In this document: positions 63,975-64,000 of the stretch, in pieces
Layout of the letters: each line of letters opens with the position of its first letter
How positions within the stretch are numbered: the first letter of the stretch is position 1
Assembly: GCA_015064085.1 (NCBI GenBank)
Contig: SVSX01000004.1
Coordinates: 1,528-65,527 of the forward strand
Length of the DNA stretch: 64,000 bases
Reading direction: 5' to 3'
From: Oscillospiraceae bacterium
GTDB taxonomy: Bacteria; Bacillota; Clostridia; Oscillospirales; CAG-272
The notes under the pieces: model-generated
What the model was told of the DNA's origin: nothing
Database searches by the model: none
The model's input: only the letters and a program-made list of their open reading frames with translations
Translations under genes and position numbers: made by a program

Positions 63975-64000
63975 TAGGGGATAGTCAGATTTGAGCAAGA

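Noticed and set aside
1-64000. CRISPR arrays, rRNA genes, IS elements/transposases, integrases, prophage or toxin-antitoxin and known defence-system genes
   Set aside because: - No regularly spaced direct repeats were seen.
- No ORF shows a transposase DDE/HUH motif, a tyrosine or serine recombinase, or phage structural motifs.
- The only repeats seen are the hairpin families reported above.

Overview
A 64-kb chromosomal segment that looks like a spore-forming Firmicute of the Clostridia type. Supporting signs are an alpha/beta SASP gene, a miaB-ylbF-mutS-mutL-tgt block, many ATGA-coupled operons and sigma-A style TTGACA-17-TATAAT promoters. GC is roughly 50% in the few 60-nt lines I counted by hand. 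I call about 60 CDS and one tRNA-Leu(CAA). I saw no rRNA, CRISPR array, transposase, integrase or phage genes.

Housekeeping content:
- rluA-family pseudouridine synthase, upp, mtaB, rpmB.
- Tandem gltX-glnS, plus proS and glyQS. All four lack room for a T-box leader.
- An Lrp-aminotransferase pair and an AraC/NahK-like kinase/Gfo-Idh-MocA sugar unit.
- rodA/ftsW-family gene, tagA-like gene, gap, tldD-pmbA.
- tgt-mutL-mutS-ylbF-miaB, plsC and an SASP gene.
- A complete ten-gene histidine operon (yerC-like regulator, then hisZGDCBHAF-IE).

The accessory-looking part lies at about 37.3-51.5 kb and has two pieces:
1. An AT-rich Wzx/Wzy-type glycan operon (three GT4 genes, a Wzy-like polymerase, a TupA-like ATP-grasp, a Wzx flippase), bracketed by two near-identical GC-rich hairpins.
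2. A co-oriented unit whose first three genes are ATGA-coupled, encoding a sigma-less partner-switching module (STAS antagonist, sensor PP2C phosphatase, RsbW-like kinase). It is followed without a terminator by a 136-aa ORF and then a surface-anchored 5'-nucleotidase. A LuxR-type regulator lies upstream.

The 136-aa ORF is my best candidate for something undescribed. It has a Nif11-type double-glycine leader (...ELSDDVLDKVAGG) fused to a 74-aa, 8-Cys core. No maturation enzyme or peptidase-ABC exporter is in the window.

Other observations:
- A dispersed family of terminator hairpins sharing the stem GCTGTCTCAAAT/ATTTGAGACAGC. Two copies share about 67 nt.
- A truncated MutS paralogue in addition to canonical mutSL.
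- A degenerate PurL/AIR-synthase-like protein.
- Several palindromes overlapping promoters.
- A plus-to-minus gene-orientation switch at about 18.5-24 kb.

All functional calls come from motif recognition by eye. No database search was possible.
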